A stretch of DNA of 64,000 nt, from positions 62,001 through 126,000 of the forward strand of contig UYFQ01000335.1 of assembly GCA_900617105.1 (NCBI GenBank), read 5' to 3'. Positions 48,760 to 62,400 of the stretch are shown here, in pieces. Made by a program: the position numbers and the translations under genes. Positions within the stretch are counted from its first letter, which is position 1. Each line of letters begins with the position of its first letter. The DNA is from Hydrurus foetidus. Lineage: Eukaryota. The notes below the pieces were generated by a model. The model saw only the letters and a program-made list of their open reading frames with translations, did no database searches and was not told the origin of the DNA.

Positions 48760-49502
48760 ATGATCCTCGCCGAGCCAATTGTTCGAGGGCTGCAAGTTGC
48801 CGGCCCTGCTTTCTTTCTGTCATTTCAAGGCAGCGCGATAAAGACAGCTCTACAAATAATAGCGGATAAGTCAGTCGGTCCCCTCAGTGCATTCCCATTC
48901 GTATCACTACTAACCAATTGTGTTATTTGGTCGTATTATGGACTACTGAAGTCAGATATGACAGTCCTAGTGCCTAACGCAGTAGGTGTTTTGACAGGAG
49001 TCGGCTGTACTATGGGATATCATAAATTCGCAACTAAGAAGCCCTTGTCAATGTACGCTGTTGCGGCAGCGATTATCGCGTTCTCTTCAGTACTTGCTGC
49101 CCAAGGAAATTTCCAATTGTTAGGATCTCTTGGCTGTGTTCTAGCCGTGATTCTGACGGGATCTCCGCTGGTGACTTTGCGGACTGTCATCAAAGAAAAA
49201 TCAACAGCGGCGCTACCACTGATGACAAGTTTGTCCGGTTGGCTTAATGCTTGCTCGTGGTCACTGTACGGAATGCTTGTCGCAAATGATCCTATGGTGA
49301 GCTACAGGGTTACTAATGACACATAATTGATTAACCCACACACTGCTAACACTTAAAAACGCCTAAAATTTACTGATTGAAACAGATATACGGCCCAAAT
49401 TTGATTGGCTTATTCCTCGCGACTATTCAGATGAGCCTCTACGTGTTCTTTGGGCTCCCACCTAGTGCGAGTGTTAAGCCTGCGAAGTCATTATTCGATT
49501 GA
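48760..49502 (+). CDS. SWEET (MtN3/saliva) sugar transporter; intron 49297-49385
   Basis: KSVGPLSAFPF...N..IW.YYG....VPN; SPL.....VIKEKST..LP.....N...W..YG...ND..IYGPN duplicated MtN3 units. Confidence 0.92.
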
Positions 49503-51031
49503 CTGGAGGAGGCTAAACCCTCGGCGACTTAAACTGAAATTGTGCCCGTGTAGATTCCTGGGAATTTTCAAAACATACGCCGATGTAGTTTAGCTAGTAA
49601 CCAAATATTTTATTCTCTTCACACCTACTTGCTCTTACTGTTTCTGCGTACGTGCAGTCACCGCTCGGAGTCCCTCTGACTGCTCATATTGCCTTCGATT
49701 GACTTCCTCCGAAATTTCATAATTTGATACTTCGTGACGCAGTGGTACGGTTTGCCTCGGCTTCTTCTGTTTTTACGACTGATATCGATGACAATAAGTA
49801 CTCATACGATTCCGTGAGATGTAGTTGCTCGTTCTGATTTACGTCGGGTAGACTAGACTAACTTCACTGCCAACAGCAGCGTCTGATTTTCAATCCAACT
49901 TTAAACACGTCCATGAAAATATATTGGAATAGCAGCTCTCTGGATTCGATGTTCCATCGTGCGATACGCAATCAGCATTGTCCTCACGACCCTTTGTAAC
50001 CATTGATGGACAGATTACCCTTCTAAAAATACTTCCCCTTCGAACAAAAATAGACTTTCTAATCGTAGTTATCTCTATGAAACCGACAGCAGTCGATGGT
50101 AAAATGAGCGGAAGGAGCAGCGAAATGCGCTCATCATACTGGACAACATAATTTCAGCACGGGAAGAATTTTTCGTATGGGCAGTATCTTTGGAAAGATG
50201 CGCAGTAGTTCATACTATAACGATTTGAAGTAGGCGGAATAAGGTTAACACAGGTAAAAGTGTAGACAGTGACAATACAAGTGTTCTTCAGTTATGACCT
50301 CTGTTTTACTTTATTCATTCATTCATTCATTCATTCATTTATTTATTTACATTTATTTACATCTATTTATTTTTCATATAAAAATATATGCATATTGATA
50401 ATGAAGAAGTCTTTTAAAGAGTCCAATTCCGTTTCCATGCTATTCTCTACACAAAGAAATGTGTCATGGACCTGAACACTAGAATTGCGAGTTTTTGATG
50501 AAAATTCAATCGAACTTCAGATTCTGGAAGCAACTGATGAGTTCTACAAGATAGGCTATAGTTTGCTGCTGGAGGGATATCCCCGCCTCGGTGATTTTTG
50601 AAAAGTTTATCGACAATATCTGTTCTAGATTTACAAATCTAGTTTTACATTCAATAATATCTCATTCTTCACGGAAATTTCAAGGCGAACACAACCGTAT
50701 AACCCGTTTTGCACGAAACACGAAAACGAAATTTTAGGCCATTATTTCCGTACAGATACAGAAAAAAAACACGGATACGAAATTCCACTCTTTTGAAAAG
50801 AAAAAAAACTTTGGAACTCAAATTCCAATAATTCTTACCATACACGGTATAGATACAGCGGGACAGTGGGTTGGAGCCCAACATGTCGATTGGCCTCATG
50901 TCAACTCGATAACTTCACTTTCAGTTTTAAAAACTTCATTCGCCAGTCGCGAAGCCACCCGATGATACTGTGAAACAGAATCATCGTGCATGGTGATTGA
51001 AGAAAAATCACACCGATCCCTTTACCGTTGT

Positions 51032-51446
51032 AATGCCGACTGTAGCGTCTGGGAGGAAGAGTAGAAACAGCAGCTCCCCCACAAGAGGTAATGCTTTGAT
51101 TGGCGACAGCAGCTTCGTGAGCCGCTCCACCGTTAGCAGTAGACTATCCTGGTCAACGATCGAGGATATTGAAAAACAGCTTGCATACTTACAATGGCGA
51201 AAACAAAGGAATGACCGGGCAATTAAAGATACTCTTGAATCAACGAGGTTGCTGAAGAATAAAGACCTGCAGAAACTTTCAGCCGAAGCACATGATTTCT
51301 CTAGAAAGCACGACTTCTTCGAGAGAGAATTGTCTAAACCGCTGACCCTGAAACAGTACCAGGTCAATAGTCTCGCGACAATCAGACTGAGAAGCCCGGC
51401 CCGAGTACCTTGCAGTCCCACGAGAAGTTTGCATCCAGCCAAGTGA
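51032..51446 (+). CDS. Hypothetical small coiled-coil protein
   Basis: ORF with first ATG at 51032; charged helical middle (EDIEKQLAYLQWRKQR); no recognised family. Confidence 0.4.
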
Positions 51447-52419
51447 CTACAACTTAAAGGATCGAGGCTTCCACAATCTAAACGAACAGCTTATCTTGGG
51501 ACGAAGAGGGACATTACTTTCGTCATTTTATCATTTTCTCATGATTCCCATCGAAACTTTATCGGGAATATATGGACCATTTTACTTCTTGACATTTCAA
51601 GCAAAAGGCCCGAAAATGAAGTATATGTTACTCATACGTCTTTACATTGAGTAGTGTGCTCCGAATCAATATTCGGCGAAGAAGTGCTTTATAGGCAGCA
51701 CTTCAGTTCACGATTTACTGTATTGCGTTTCCATCAATCCCATAGCATAATGATTCTCTCTCGGGGTAGAATAGTTCCAAGGCATTTTCGAAGTGTTGAG
51801 GGCTTCATAACACCATTTCATTTTACATCTGAGATTTTCAAGGCAACGAAAAAAAAATCCTTTATCTGGGAACGAGGATGAATCAAACTGGACATATATT
51901 TGGTGAATAATACTAATTACAAGTAACATTAGTAATGAAATGTTACATATGCATCTTGAGGGCCAGAATGTGACAGCGATGTAAATTGCGTAGCTATCTC
52001 ATGACAACATAATACATTTCAATTGGGAAACACATGATTCTTTCGGGGCAGATAATTCGCTCCCAGAAAAATGGCTTGAAGTACGTGCGGAAAAAATCTT
52101 TCAAACTCATACGAGTAGAAGAGGTCACGCACTTCTCGACTCTCGATGACTACCCCGACGAATTAGAAAGCGAAGAAGATGAGAAGAAATGTAGAGCTTG
52201 AAAAATTGTGAACTTCGTTTACTACACGGTATATTTCTGTATCACCGGATAACAACTGCCAATAGGAAGCGTGCCTTGAAGTGTCGCGTCGCTCGTTGAC
52301 AAGATCGTTACGACCATGGTCAGTACTTTAGTGCGTCCATCTGACATTCCATAAACTGTCATTTGGCGCAAAGAAGTGCAGTCTCAATGCATCTGTTATT
52401 TGGCATGCGAGGCGTCGCC

Positions 52420-53887
52420 ATGAGGAATTTTTTATTCTTGTTCATCGTCCTCTGCCTTCAGACACGTACAACTGAATGTCTCAGGTCAGCTGACTTGATG
52501 AGATCTAGATCTCTCAGAGTTTTCTCAGGTCCGCAGTTACCGACCGTCACTCGTTCGACGAAGCGGAACCTCAAGGTTGTGCTCTTATGATTTGCATGGC
52601 GTATTGGTGTATTGGAAAGAAAGGCATGATAGTGCTAGCATGTGAAGAGTTGACACGCTCATGAAATCATCCATCGTCGTTTCCGCTTAACCCGTTTCTC
52701 AGCTCCTATTTGTCCTCGCTTTGCTTGTTCTCGAGTCATCTTCCGAAGTTTTTGTGCGCTTGCCTCAGCAGCTTATATATGGTTCGACTCCTCAGTACAC
52801 ATCTACGAGAATGGCGAATCAGGTTCGTCGCATTCATACAATCTTCGAACATTGTGCCAAATCGGTTAAAGCAAGCTCGATCCTACAGAGTTTATTTTAG
52901 AGAATACGATTCCCCTTCTATGATAGGACTCAGTTGTGCTGATTTTTCCCGGAGCGGCAGGTCCAGACAGCAGCACTGAATTGCTGAAAGAGCGAATCCT
53001 CAATAGCGACAAAGAGAACGGTAAGCTCGTGAGATTTGCATCATCGTATCAAACGCGGTATTACCTATGGTTTCCTGTGTGAGGGATTCATTTACCTACT
53101 GCTCTTCATTCAGGCATCAACAGATATGTGGAAGTTTATGACTGGCTGAAATGGAGAGGAAACTTCTTGAGAGCTAGTTTCGATTCGCAAATTGTCGGCA
53201 ATACGGTGTGTTCAGTGCTAGCTGATGCAGAGAAGCAGCAGGGGGAAATAAAGAATCTGCACGTCATAGGCGTCTCAGTTGGCGCTTTTGCTGCTGACTC
53301 TTGCATAAAGATTTTCAATAAGGTGCGGATCAAACTTATTATCTCACTGAGCCAATGGCGACACATAGCTGCTACACGTAATTAGAAGGCTAATGAGAGA
53401 ATATGCATCACATTCATTCTAATGAAAACTTTTTGACTTGTTAGGATTCCCACCCTCAGCTCGAGACGCGACTTACACTGCTGGATCCCTTCACTAGCAA
53501 AGGGGTATTCGGCTACGGATGGGGGGCCAAAAACTTCGGAAAGGGTACGGAATTTCTCTTCGTATAACTTGTGAACAATTAGTGAATATAATCCCTGACT
53601 TCTATTTTACCCAACTGATATGATCAGGTGCTGATGTCACGGAGGATTATATGAACAGCGATGATCCAGTGCCCACCACGAACGAGCCCCTCCCTTTGGC
53701 GTATACATTTGATGTCACCAATAGCATCTCAAAGACCGAATTCAAACCCAGAGATGGTGACAGCATGCACTCCTGGCCGATAATGTTCCTCGCTCAGAAT
53801 TGGCAGACAGTCGTTGACGACAAGGGTAAGCTGCTGATGCCAACTGCCGAGACAGAGCCCATCGGAGAAGTGTACATCGTTCCTTAA
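52420..53887 (+). CDS. Secreted/organellar alpha/beta hydrolase (lipase-like), multi-exon
   Basis: Signal peptide MRNFLFLFIVLCLQ; FPGAAGPD; LHVIGVSVGAFAA (GxSxG); RLTLLDPF; DDPVP and MHSWP provide the likely Asp/His. Confidence 0.75.
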
Positions 53888-54280
53888 TAGCAAGAAGCGC
53901 ATCACAGCGATTTGCAGAATGCTGCAATTGTCAGCTAATTTATTTTATGTCCTGGGAGAGGACTACATGCTCTGTCGTCATTCTGTCTCGAGAATGAACA
54001 TGCACAATACATGATTTACATGCTGCTACGATTACTTACTGTTCATATATTTATACTCGCGAAGTGAATAAGAAAACACTTCCACACCATATAATCTACT
54101 GGCAGTAAAAGTCAATGGTGCGCTCTAATGGCTGTGATTAAAGATGAGAGATGAGACTTTCGCTAGCGCACAATGGCATAAACAGATGTTGCATACGAAA
54201 TATGGCACAAATAGATGTTGCATACGAAAGATGCCTCACGATCAATGCCGCATGTCTCCTACGATCAGTGGCTTATAAAA

Positions 54281-55654
54281 TCATTGTAATAATCGTCCAT
54301 AGCGTTTGAAATCGTCCAAGAGATTTCAACCTCTGGGTGATGAAGTACTGTAAACTGAGTCCAGACGCTGTCAGATAGCCCGCTGACGTAATAAGCAAGT
54401 GCCGTAGAGTAGTGCAAATCGATTACGTAACTCTATAATTGCAAACTAGAATAAGAGTGTACATAACGAAAAATGCTGTTGCCATCTCAAAAATAGACCT
54501 GCATTCCTATCGATTGAACCCCTTGGAGTTCGAAGCTAGCGGAGTCAGCTTGTTTGTAAGGTACTGTAACCGCATAGCGGGGTGGGAATTAGAAGGGCTG
54601 GAGTGACTGCTACAATCTGTAGGGCAGTAAGTAATTCATACATTGGAATACTGTAATGTGAGTGGTTGTGAAAGAGGCTGGTAGAATTGACATACCTGAC
54701 ATGAATAAAACACGTTGCTGTGCCCCATGACATGCACAGATTGATTTTTTCTAACAGACTGAAGACATCCGATGGGAGACGGCTAGTGAATGTGATGAAA
54801 CGGGATCCTGAACGCATGAGAACAGCTTTCTCTGCTATCAGTTGCATCAGTTCAGCGTTGAAGCATGTCGAATTAGCGAACACTATGTCAGCATTTATCC
54901 AATCAGCAACTGCCGCCTCAAACAGAAAATCACCCTCAGAGACAATTAGAGAGCATTCTCTCCTAGATGCGAATATATTTTCGTATTCATTTGACTTAAT
55001 TATTTCGCTGTATGAATTTACCGCTTCAACTGATATGGTAAACAAATCCTGAAGTAGTTCAATTCCCTTTATAGACTCAAGTTTATCACCGAAAAGCAGT
55101 GATGCAGCGACCTAAAGTTCAGCAGAAAGTAAGAATGGTCAAATTTTACTGTAAAAAGGCATCATGGTCTGATTACAGATCACAATTAATACCATTGCTT
55201 TCCCTGTCCCGTGTCCGAGGTCATACAACGTATCACCATTGTTAATTTCAACTCTTTCCAACAGGTAACAAAAGGATGACATATCCACCTCACCGTATAC
55301 TTTTGCCGACAGCTTTTCTGTCTCATCAGTTTGACAATCGCCAGTCAACCTACGGACGTTCATTTTGGCTACTCTTTTCGAACTTTCTGAGGAATAATCT
55401 TTGAAAACTTGTGAGAATATAGCATCACACTCCTGGTAGGAGTACTTGGAGATACGTTTTGAGAGCAGATTCTTTAAGTGTTTTGCCTCTGCAATACAGG
55501 ATCCTTTACTGGATAACTCCTCTGCAACCTCATGAAAGATGGAGTATTTCGTGATTATTCCCAGCTCAAAAGAAGGTAGTGACGATGAGACCATGGCAAG
55601 GATTAAGTGGTAGGCATTACTGTCAACTTGGCAATCGCTGGAGGAAGAGTTCAT
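54281..55654 (-). CDS. DOT1-like SAM-dependent methyltransferase (H3K79-methyltransferase family), multi-exon; 3' end approximate
   Basis: VYGE, YDLGHGTGK, GIELL, EGDF, ADIVFANSTCF and MSWG motifs. Confidence 0.75.
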
Positions 55655-56926
55655 GTCGGGTTGTTGCTGTTTGTAGTAGATATTACTGCAAACTTACTGA
55701 TCAATAGCCTCCATTAAGTGCGTTATCCGTTATCGCTGGTACCGTGTACCGAACCTGGCAGCTGGCAGTGTTGTCGCGAGAGGTGTCAGCTTGTTCAACC
55801 CCCCGTCCCTTGCGAAGTGCAACAAGCTAACAATATAAAATATGATGATTTGATTCGATTACTCGCCTTGCATAATATGGAATGGAGGCATAAAGATGAG
55901 ATCATCGGAATCAACAAATTGAATTTCGTATTACAATATTCTATTCTAATTTTCCATTCTTTTGGTTACTATTTCTACTCTATATGGAACCTAAAATTAT
56001 GATTCACCGCAACTTGATTATCCTTTACGCAACTGTTTTCTCGCGTGATATTGTACGGTACGGTAGCGAGGAAAATATACTGTCACGTACAGATTGATAC
56101 AAAAACTTGCATGGGGGGCTTTCGCGTAAGGATTTTCCTTTTAATGTGAATTGTAGCCCCGAAGTAGGGTGGGATGAGAGTTGCTTGTACGTCCCCGTCC
56201 GGTCCACCCTGAAATCAATTTCTCTTCGCAAGAAGTCATACCATGTGGAATCGATGAGATCCGTCTAGCTATATTCCTCGCGAATAACTAACCATATTAT
56301 CAACGTCATCTATGGCAAGCAATTAAACTTCGCATCATGAACTCTCCAAGATCATTTGAGTTACTGAATCCATGACATGAGGCTGTTTGCTAATACATCA
56401 TAAGATGCATCATATCGTAGTAAAATGCTGTTGATACGACATCATATCGAACTTCGTCGTCAATTGATTCTTCTTCATCCTCATCGAGATATCAGTAAAG
56501 GGATACCGAAGGGATAAGGCCACATTTACGAGTGCCTTATAGACAGCAGACAGCCCATACACCGTTCACCATACGCCGTACGTGCACAAAGTTGTGAACG
56601 CACTTTTAAGTGATGCCGGGAACTTTTGCACTCGTGGATTGGGTTGTCTGGATCGAAGTCGGATCGGAACCGGTGCGAGCCGCTCCTTTCCAGATCCAAA
56701 GTACAAAAGGCTTGTATACGAAATTCCTTGCGAAATTTTGAGAGGTAGAGTACAGGACAGAACACAGAGCGGATGTGGATGTAGATGTAGAACACAATAC
56801 AACACCTGTTTTTAATTTTGTGTGCGCACGCATACTATACGGTTCTGTACGCATCTCACTGAGTGTTTGTCGCAAATCTTTCAGTTTGTTGCAACTTTTT
56901 GTGCAAGTCTTCGGTGTGTATACTTA

Positions 56927-57495
56927 CAGGCTGGTGTCACCAAGAAAGACGGTAAAAATTCAGACTCAAAGCCACGAAAATCTACAGCACGGTTTCGTAC
57001 ACTTCGAAGCGTGTCAGAACCGTGATTTTGAGCTTAGTGAACTGCCGTCAATATAATTTTTCACCAATCGCCATCACCAAATTCAGGTGAGGATTTCAAT
57101 TTGAGTCACCACGTTGACGCTCTTCACAACTCAACCAGAGCAATAAGAAAATTTATACTGACGGCATCTCAAAGAGGACGCAACGCTGAATCAGCCGATA
57201 GTCTCACCTTCAATCAGCGCCCAGTGGAATTTTGTGGAAGCTTCCTTGAATTTTGGGGGCTCTTCCACCAGGTGTTCCATCATATCAGGATTTAGAGCAC
57301 ATGCGAACGAAACAGAGCACTCATCGCAACATCATGGAAATCGACCATAGCTTCGTGCAAGGGAACTAATTTGAGCATTTATGCACTCATTCTTATGCTT
57401 AGTCACTCATATTCTGACTGCTTCACCACCTAATATTCCTAAAACTCAAATCTGTCAGCTTGATTTTTTTTGCCTTTCTTGGTGACACCAGCCCG
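56927..57495. mobile_element. 569-bp non-autonomous Tc1/mariner-type element (MITE)
   Basis: TIR C(A/G)GGCTGGTGTCACCAAGAAAG at both ends; TA at 56925-56926 and 57496-57497. Confidence 0.85.
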
Positions 57496-57575
57496 TAGTG
57501 TATTTAGATTGAATATCATACAGTTTTAATACGTTTTCTTACTGAATCTTGCAAGTTAAAGAGATTTTTCAAACC

Positions 57576-58482
57576 ATGAGTCTTATTCCTCTTGTTCTCC
57601 CTGGAATTGGCGGCACAGTTAGCGCTATCGCAACTCTCACAAGTCTAGCGAATGATCGGCCACCGACAAACGTGATCAATCATGGTCTACCTGAATACGT
57701 TATTCTTTCTGCGGCAGCAACGGCGTCATTGAACATCATCTCTAGCTTCAGTCATGATGCGTACCAAGGGGAGGGTACACTGCGTCTCAGCGTCAACGCA
57801 TCAATGACGCCATGGCAGGAAATGGATAAGAAGTCAACCTTCCTGCTTCCTGCTACTACACTACCAGAGGGTAAAAACTTGACGTTGGGATTTCTTGACA
57901 ACTCTATGGTCCAATTGTGGCAGTTGCGCGGCAAGCCAACTGGCACAACGACGTACGCAATGCTTGTGGGGCTAGCTGGGCACGGACATCAGCTGCAGGG
58001 AGCTCTCGCGATAGGCAGTAGGATTAGAGTTCCCACACTTCCTGTTGGCAATGGAAGATCTAGAGCACTTTGCACTGCAGCACGCTGCCGCTTGGTCTGC
58101 GTCAGAAAGGAAGAGGCTGGAGGAAGCGCGCGACGATAGCATTGAGAGCGAGCACGTGGAGAAGCGGATCCGACTCATTGTGCAGGACGACTTGGGAGTG
58201 CACAGCCAAGGTGAGAAGGTACACGTAAAGGTGTTTATAGATTTAGAGGGTAGACCACATACGACGAGGGTTCAGACAGATTTAGCAGAGAGGGAGAAGA
58301 ACTTGGGTGTGGTGTTCCGAGTGTGCGAAGAGAGGAGATGGCAATTCGTCATGGGAACTGAGTGTTTACTCCAGGTTGAGGAATATACTAGAGTGATTAA
58401 CGAACAGTCTACGCTACGGATTAGCGAACGAGACCCCGGATTCAAATGCTGCGGGCTGCTCGATAGGTGTCAGACCACTTGA
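57576..58482 (+). pseudogene. Two overlapping ORFs in different frames, possibly a frameshifted gene or TE remnant, unknown family
   Basis: ORFs 57549-58139 and 58045-58482 overlap; no recognisable motif; located between a MITE and the LTR. Confidence 0.3.
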
Positions 58483-58499
58483 TTCTATCAAGATATGTC

Positions 58500-59380
58500 T
58501 GTAGTAATATAGTTGCAAATATAGTTTCAAATATATATTTGTACGTTATGCGACACGTACGTACGTAAGTACACATGCAGATATGATAACATGCACACGT
58601 ACACACGTACTTACACATGTTGGTGCATACTCATTTATGCATACGTACACACATGTACTTACACATGTACGTACATAGTCAATATGTACGTACGTATGTA
58701 CGCACGCATATAGCATAGCGTACACTTGTGTGGTCACGCACACACGTACATACGTACGTGCACATGTTAGTACAAATTATTATATGTGTACGTACACACA
58801 TGTACTTACACATGTATGTACATATATAATATGTACGTATGTACGATCGCCAGAAGCGTAGTACATAGATGTATAGGCGTACATACGTAAGTACCACTGC
58901 ACTTACGCATGTACGTTCTTATACATACACATGCATACGTACTCCTATAATATCGCCATATAGCAGTCAGTACTCAGGCATGTACGTTCATAGACATATA
59001 CACGCACACGTACCCCTGTACTATCGCCATGTATCAGTTAGTACGAACCCTCTGACCTCACGCAAATGAACGTTCGCCTTTCATGATTCTTCAGTATCGC
59101 CAAAACACTTCCTTACTATAAGCATTCATGCAACGTTCCTCAAGCACATGCTATGAACAACACATCTCGCTGTGAACTTTGTCTCCAGGTAGTTTCACTG
59201 TCATGAACTGTTCTGATAGCTCTTTTGCGTGGCTATCTGTAAACTCTAATCAGAATTTAATACGTTGTACTTCACAGCTTCGTCTACTCGATAGCTCAAG
59301 GAATTGAGACAGTAGCCTGCAGCTGCTTCTCCACCTTCGCTGCGAACGCTAGAAGGTGACATCCTGTATTTAGTCTTACA
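58500..59380 (+). repeat. Putative 5' LTR (881 bp, TGTA...TACA) with GTAC/ACAC-rich low-complexity interior
   Basis: Starts TGTAG, ends CTTACA, immediately followed by TGG (PBS) and gag ATG 88 bp later. The left boundary is inferred because the 3' LTR is outside the window. Confidence 0.6.
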
Positions 59381-59390
59381 TGGTAGCGAT
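59381..59390 (+). promoter_or_regulatory. Primer-binding site TGGTAGCGAT (initiator tRNA-Met-like)
   Basis: Directly after the LTR-terminal CA; TGGTAGCG matches the start of the known yeast tRNA-iMet PBS (TGGTAGCGCC). Confidence 0.65.
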
Positions 59391-59467
59391 TGTTTATAGT
59401 GATTAAACGATTGCCGTGGATTCCAGGGTTCTGAATTTCCTTCCTCAACTTTCAGAACCCTGCAATC

Positions 59468-62400
59468 ATGAGTGATAATGGATCTGAAGACGAGTTCGAG
59501 CTGTCCAACACAGACTCTCCGCCGGCTCTTGCCGACCTCCTTCAACATCCGTTCAGAACTCTGATCGAAGCAGCTCAACCCATCTTCACTGGTCGAGTTA
59601 CAAGATCTAGGACAGGAGCAATTCCTCCTTTAGAAAATCCAAATAGTGATTTTCTAGACGAGGTGGAATTAGCCCTTCAAAATCAGGAGGTTGTTCCGAC
59701 ACCACCTTTAGCACCTCGGGCGCGGAATCTCGGAGCCACAGCGCCAACTTTATTTTCGGACAATTTGGAGGCTCAGGATGCAGAGACAAGATTTTCCTTC
59801 GCCGATGTGGCAAGGCTCATCGACATAATGTCTTCTAAGATCCAACAGCCTCCACCGTTGGTCTCCCAACCGAAATCAACAGTTGGATCTGCCTCTATTC
59901 CAAGTGTTTCAACGCCCAAGGCTTCTTCTATCTTATCGGTGCCCATATCAGAATATTTGGATACCACCTCTGCGCAATCGAAATTCTTCTTTTCGATGCC
60001 CAAGTTTTCCAACTCTGGGAAGGACAACCGCGACAACATGGAAACGTTCATGGTCGCTTTAGGTGAATGTAAACTTCCTACATTAGCCAAAGGCGATCGT
60101 GAGTTACCAGTCATTACTGCTCGGAACCCTGGAGGGTATTCACCTAGGTCACTGGTATTAGCAGAAGAAGGATTGTATGATGTCATCCCAGCCGATGACA
60201 TCTACAAAAGATTACACGATTTAGATCGCTTACTGGTTATTCTCAATATGGTTACTGGGAAAGATTTACACTATTTGATCAAGCGTGTGATTGCCGACAA
60301 CGATGCGGTCTTATGGTTCAAGACAATCTATGATCACATCAACGGCACAAAGAACAGCGACATCAGGAAGGCAACGGATTAGCTCCACTCCTTGAAGCTC
60401 AAGTCCACACAAACCATTCAGGAGAATGTGGCAACTATCGAAGAGGCCTTCAGAGTCCTCAAAGTCGCAAGTGGCGTGCCCGTCACTGATGATCAAAAGC
60501 TTTATCATCTACAAGAAAAGCTGGAGCATGATGCAAGATTCAGCGTCTTATCAATCATGGCCTCATCAAAGACGTCAAAGGCATCCTACGACGACACCAT
60601 CAAATACCTTGTGCTTCTTGATCCTGCCCCAGCGGTAGCTCACAAGATGGCTTCCCTTACTCCAACCTTGGAGCTGTGCAGACGTCACATCGCTGGCCTA
60701 TGTACCAACGGTTCCTCATGCAAGTATTCACATGCAGCAGCGCCGCCAAACAAGGGAGCACCATCTGACAAGAAGCCCAACAAGAACCCACCTCCTCTCA
60801 AGAAAGATCAGAAGACTCCACCGAAGTTTCCTTTCAAGAAACCAATCATCGTGTCAGATTCCCATCGATCACTTGTTGGCTATCCCAAAGGAGTTGCAAC
60901 GGCAAAGAACCCAGCTGGATATTCGCTGAACCAACTTACAACCATCAGGACTTTGCAATCTGCTGATGTTGACGGCTGGACATCAGGAGATCCTCAGTAT
61001 TTCAATGGCGATGGGTCGAGCAACCATATCGATCGGTTCAATGTTCTTCGCTTCAAGGAACAATCAACGACATCCATTGCAGAGTTCCCAGAGTTCTACC
61101 ACCTTGAGCCCTTTCCAAGACTTCGTGAGATCAGACGTCACCTGTTCACAATGCTCAACTCGGTCGAGAAGTATAACAGATTCGCCGGTTCATCTCCCAG
61201 CGACTACGATGGATCTCCTACTGATCCTCTCTCCGGAATTGTTGTCAGCTTCCAAGACCTGACAGCAGCTGAACCAAGGATGGTACACATCTTGGTGGCA
61301 TTCACATGGCTTTCAGAGAGCCCAACCATCTCGAGATCCGTGAAAATCCGAGAAGATGTTCGTACAGCAGACAAACGGCTTATGCGAGTGCTTTACAAAA
61401 TTGGAAACAGGTTCTTGAACGCCGACGTGTTGATTCCAGACAGGGAGGGTTCCGAAAATTTCAGTTATATGAACTTCAACGACTATGGGTTCTACCAATC
61501 AAATATGAGAAACGTGGAAAAGTACTTTTTTGCCATCAGATACATCATGGAGCATCCTGACATTCCATGGCGACTTCTACGTATTCTCTCTTTGGCTATT
61601 ATCTACGACTTCATGTCATTCTGCGCTCAACTACTTCGTGATGCAGTGCAAATGCAAGCTGACGAATCCCAGACAAGAGCAAATGTGATATTCACATTGA
61701 ATACATATCGATCCAACGCACAGTTCTTGGATCAGATAGTCTTCCACGATGCTTTCTCTGCAATCATCAACAACATCAAACCAATGCCTCCAGCACCACA
61801 GTCTTATGCATTGCAGACAAGCCCCATCACGACATCATATTCACGTATGAGTGCCATCAACAGAGAGGACCTGCTTAGTGAGACGACTGACCACACTGAA
61901 GAAAATGATGATGACAATGATGATGATGATGACGACGAATATAGTGACGATGAATCAGAAGGTGATGACATAGACATGACTCCACCGGGGTCATCATCTG
62001 ATCATCACAGGAGATGCCAAGAAGACCTGACCCGATACAATCACCCATACGTGATGGGTCATAAACGCAGTCTGTGGGCGTCAATCCAGACTGATACCAA
62101 GCGTCCAGCACGCAGGAAGATCATCAAAACATCAGATGACAATGAGTTCAAGGAGACACCTGGAACATCCAGCTCAATGCATGCTCCACCAATGCTTCAA
62201 GACCCTCCTCTTGTTAATGATGATATTGTTCCAGCACTTAAGACTGCTGGTGTACCTCGTATGATTGTATCAGTCCCATATCCAGATCAAGGAGGAAGAG
62301 CAGCAGCCATTGCAACTGGAGCATCCTCCCATGGCACTCGACTCTCAGCAATCTACACAAGATATTTTGCATCCTCCAATGGCAGATCTGGCAACCCCTG

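Noticed and set aside
50665..50850. A-tract-rich segment with ACCGTATA/TACACGGT ends resembling a MITE
   Set aside because: Inverted match of only ~8 bp with a mismatch; not distinguishable from chance.
56555..56922. Possible degenerate TIR element (..CCG..TGCACAAA..GTTG at both ends)
   Set aside because: Inverted match too short and gapped, with no clear TSD.
58546..59069. ORFs rich in Y/V/C/T/H
   Set aside because: Translations of the alternating RY low-complexity LTR tract.
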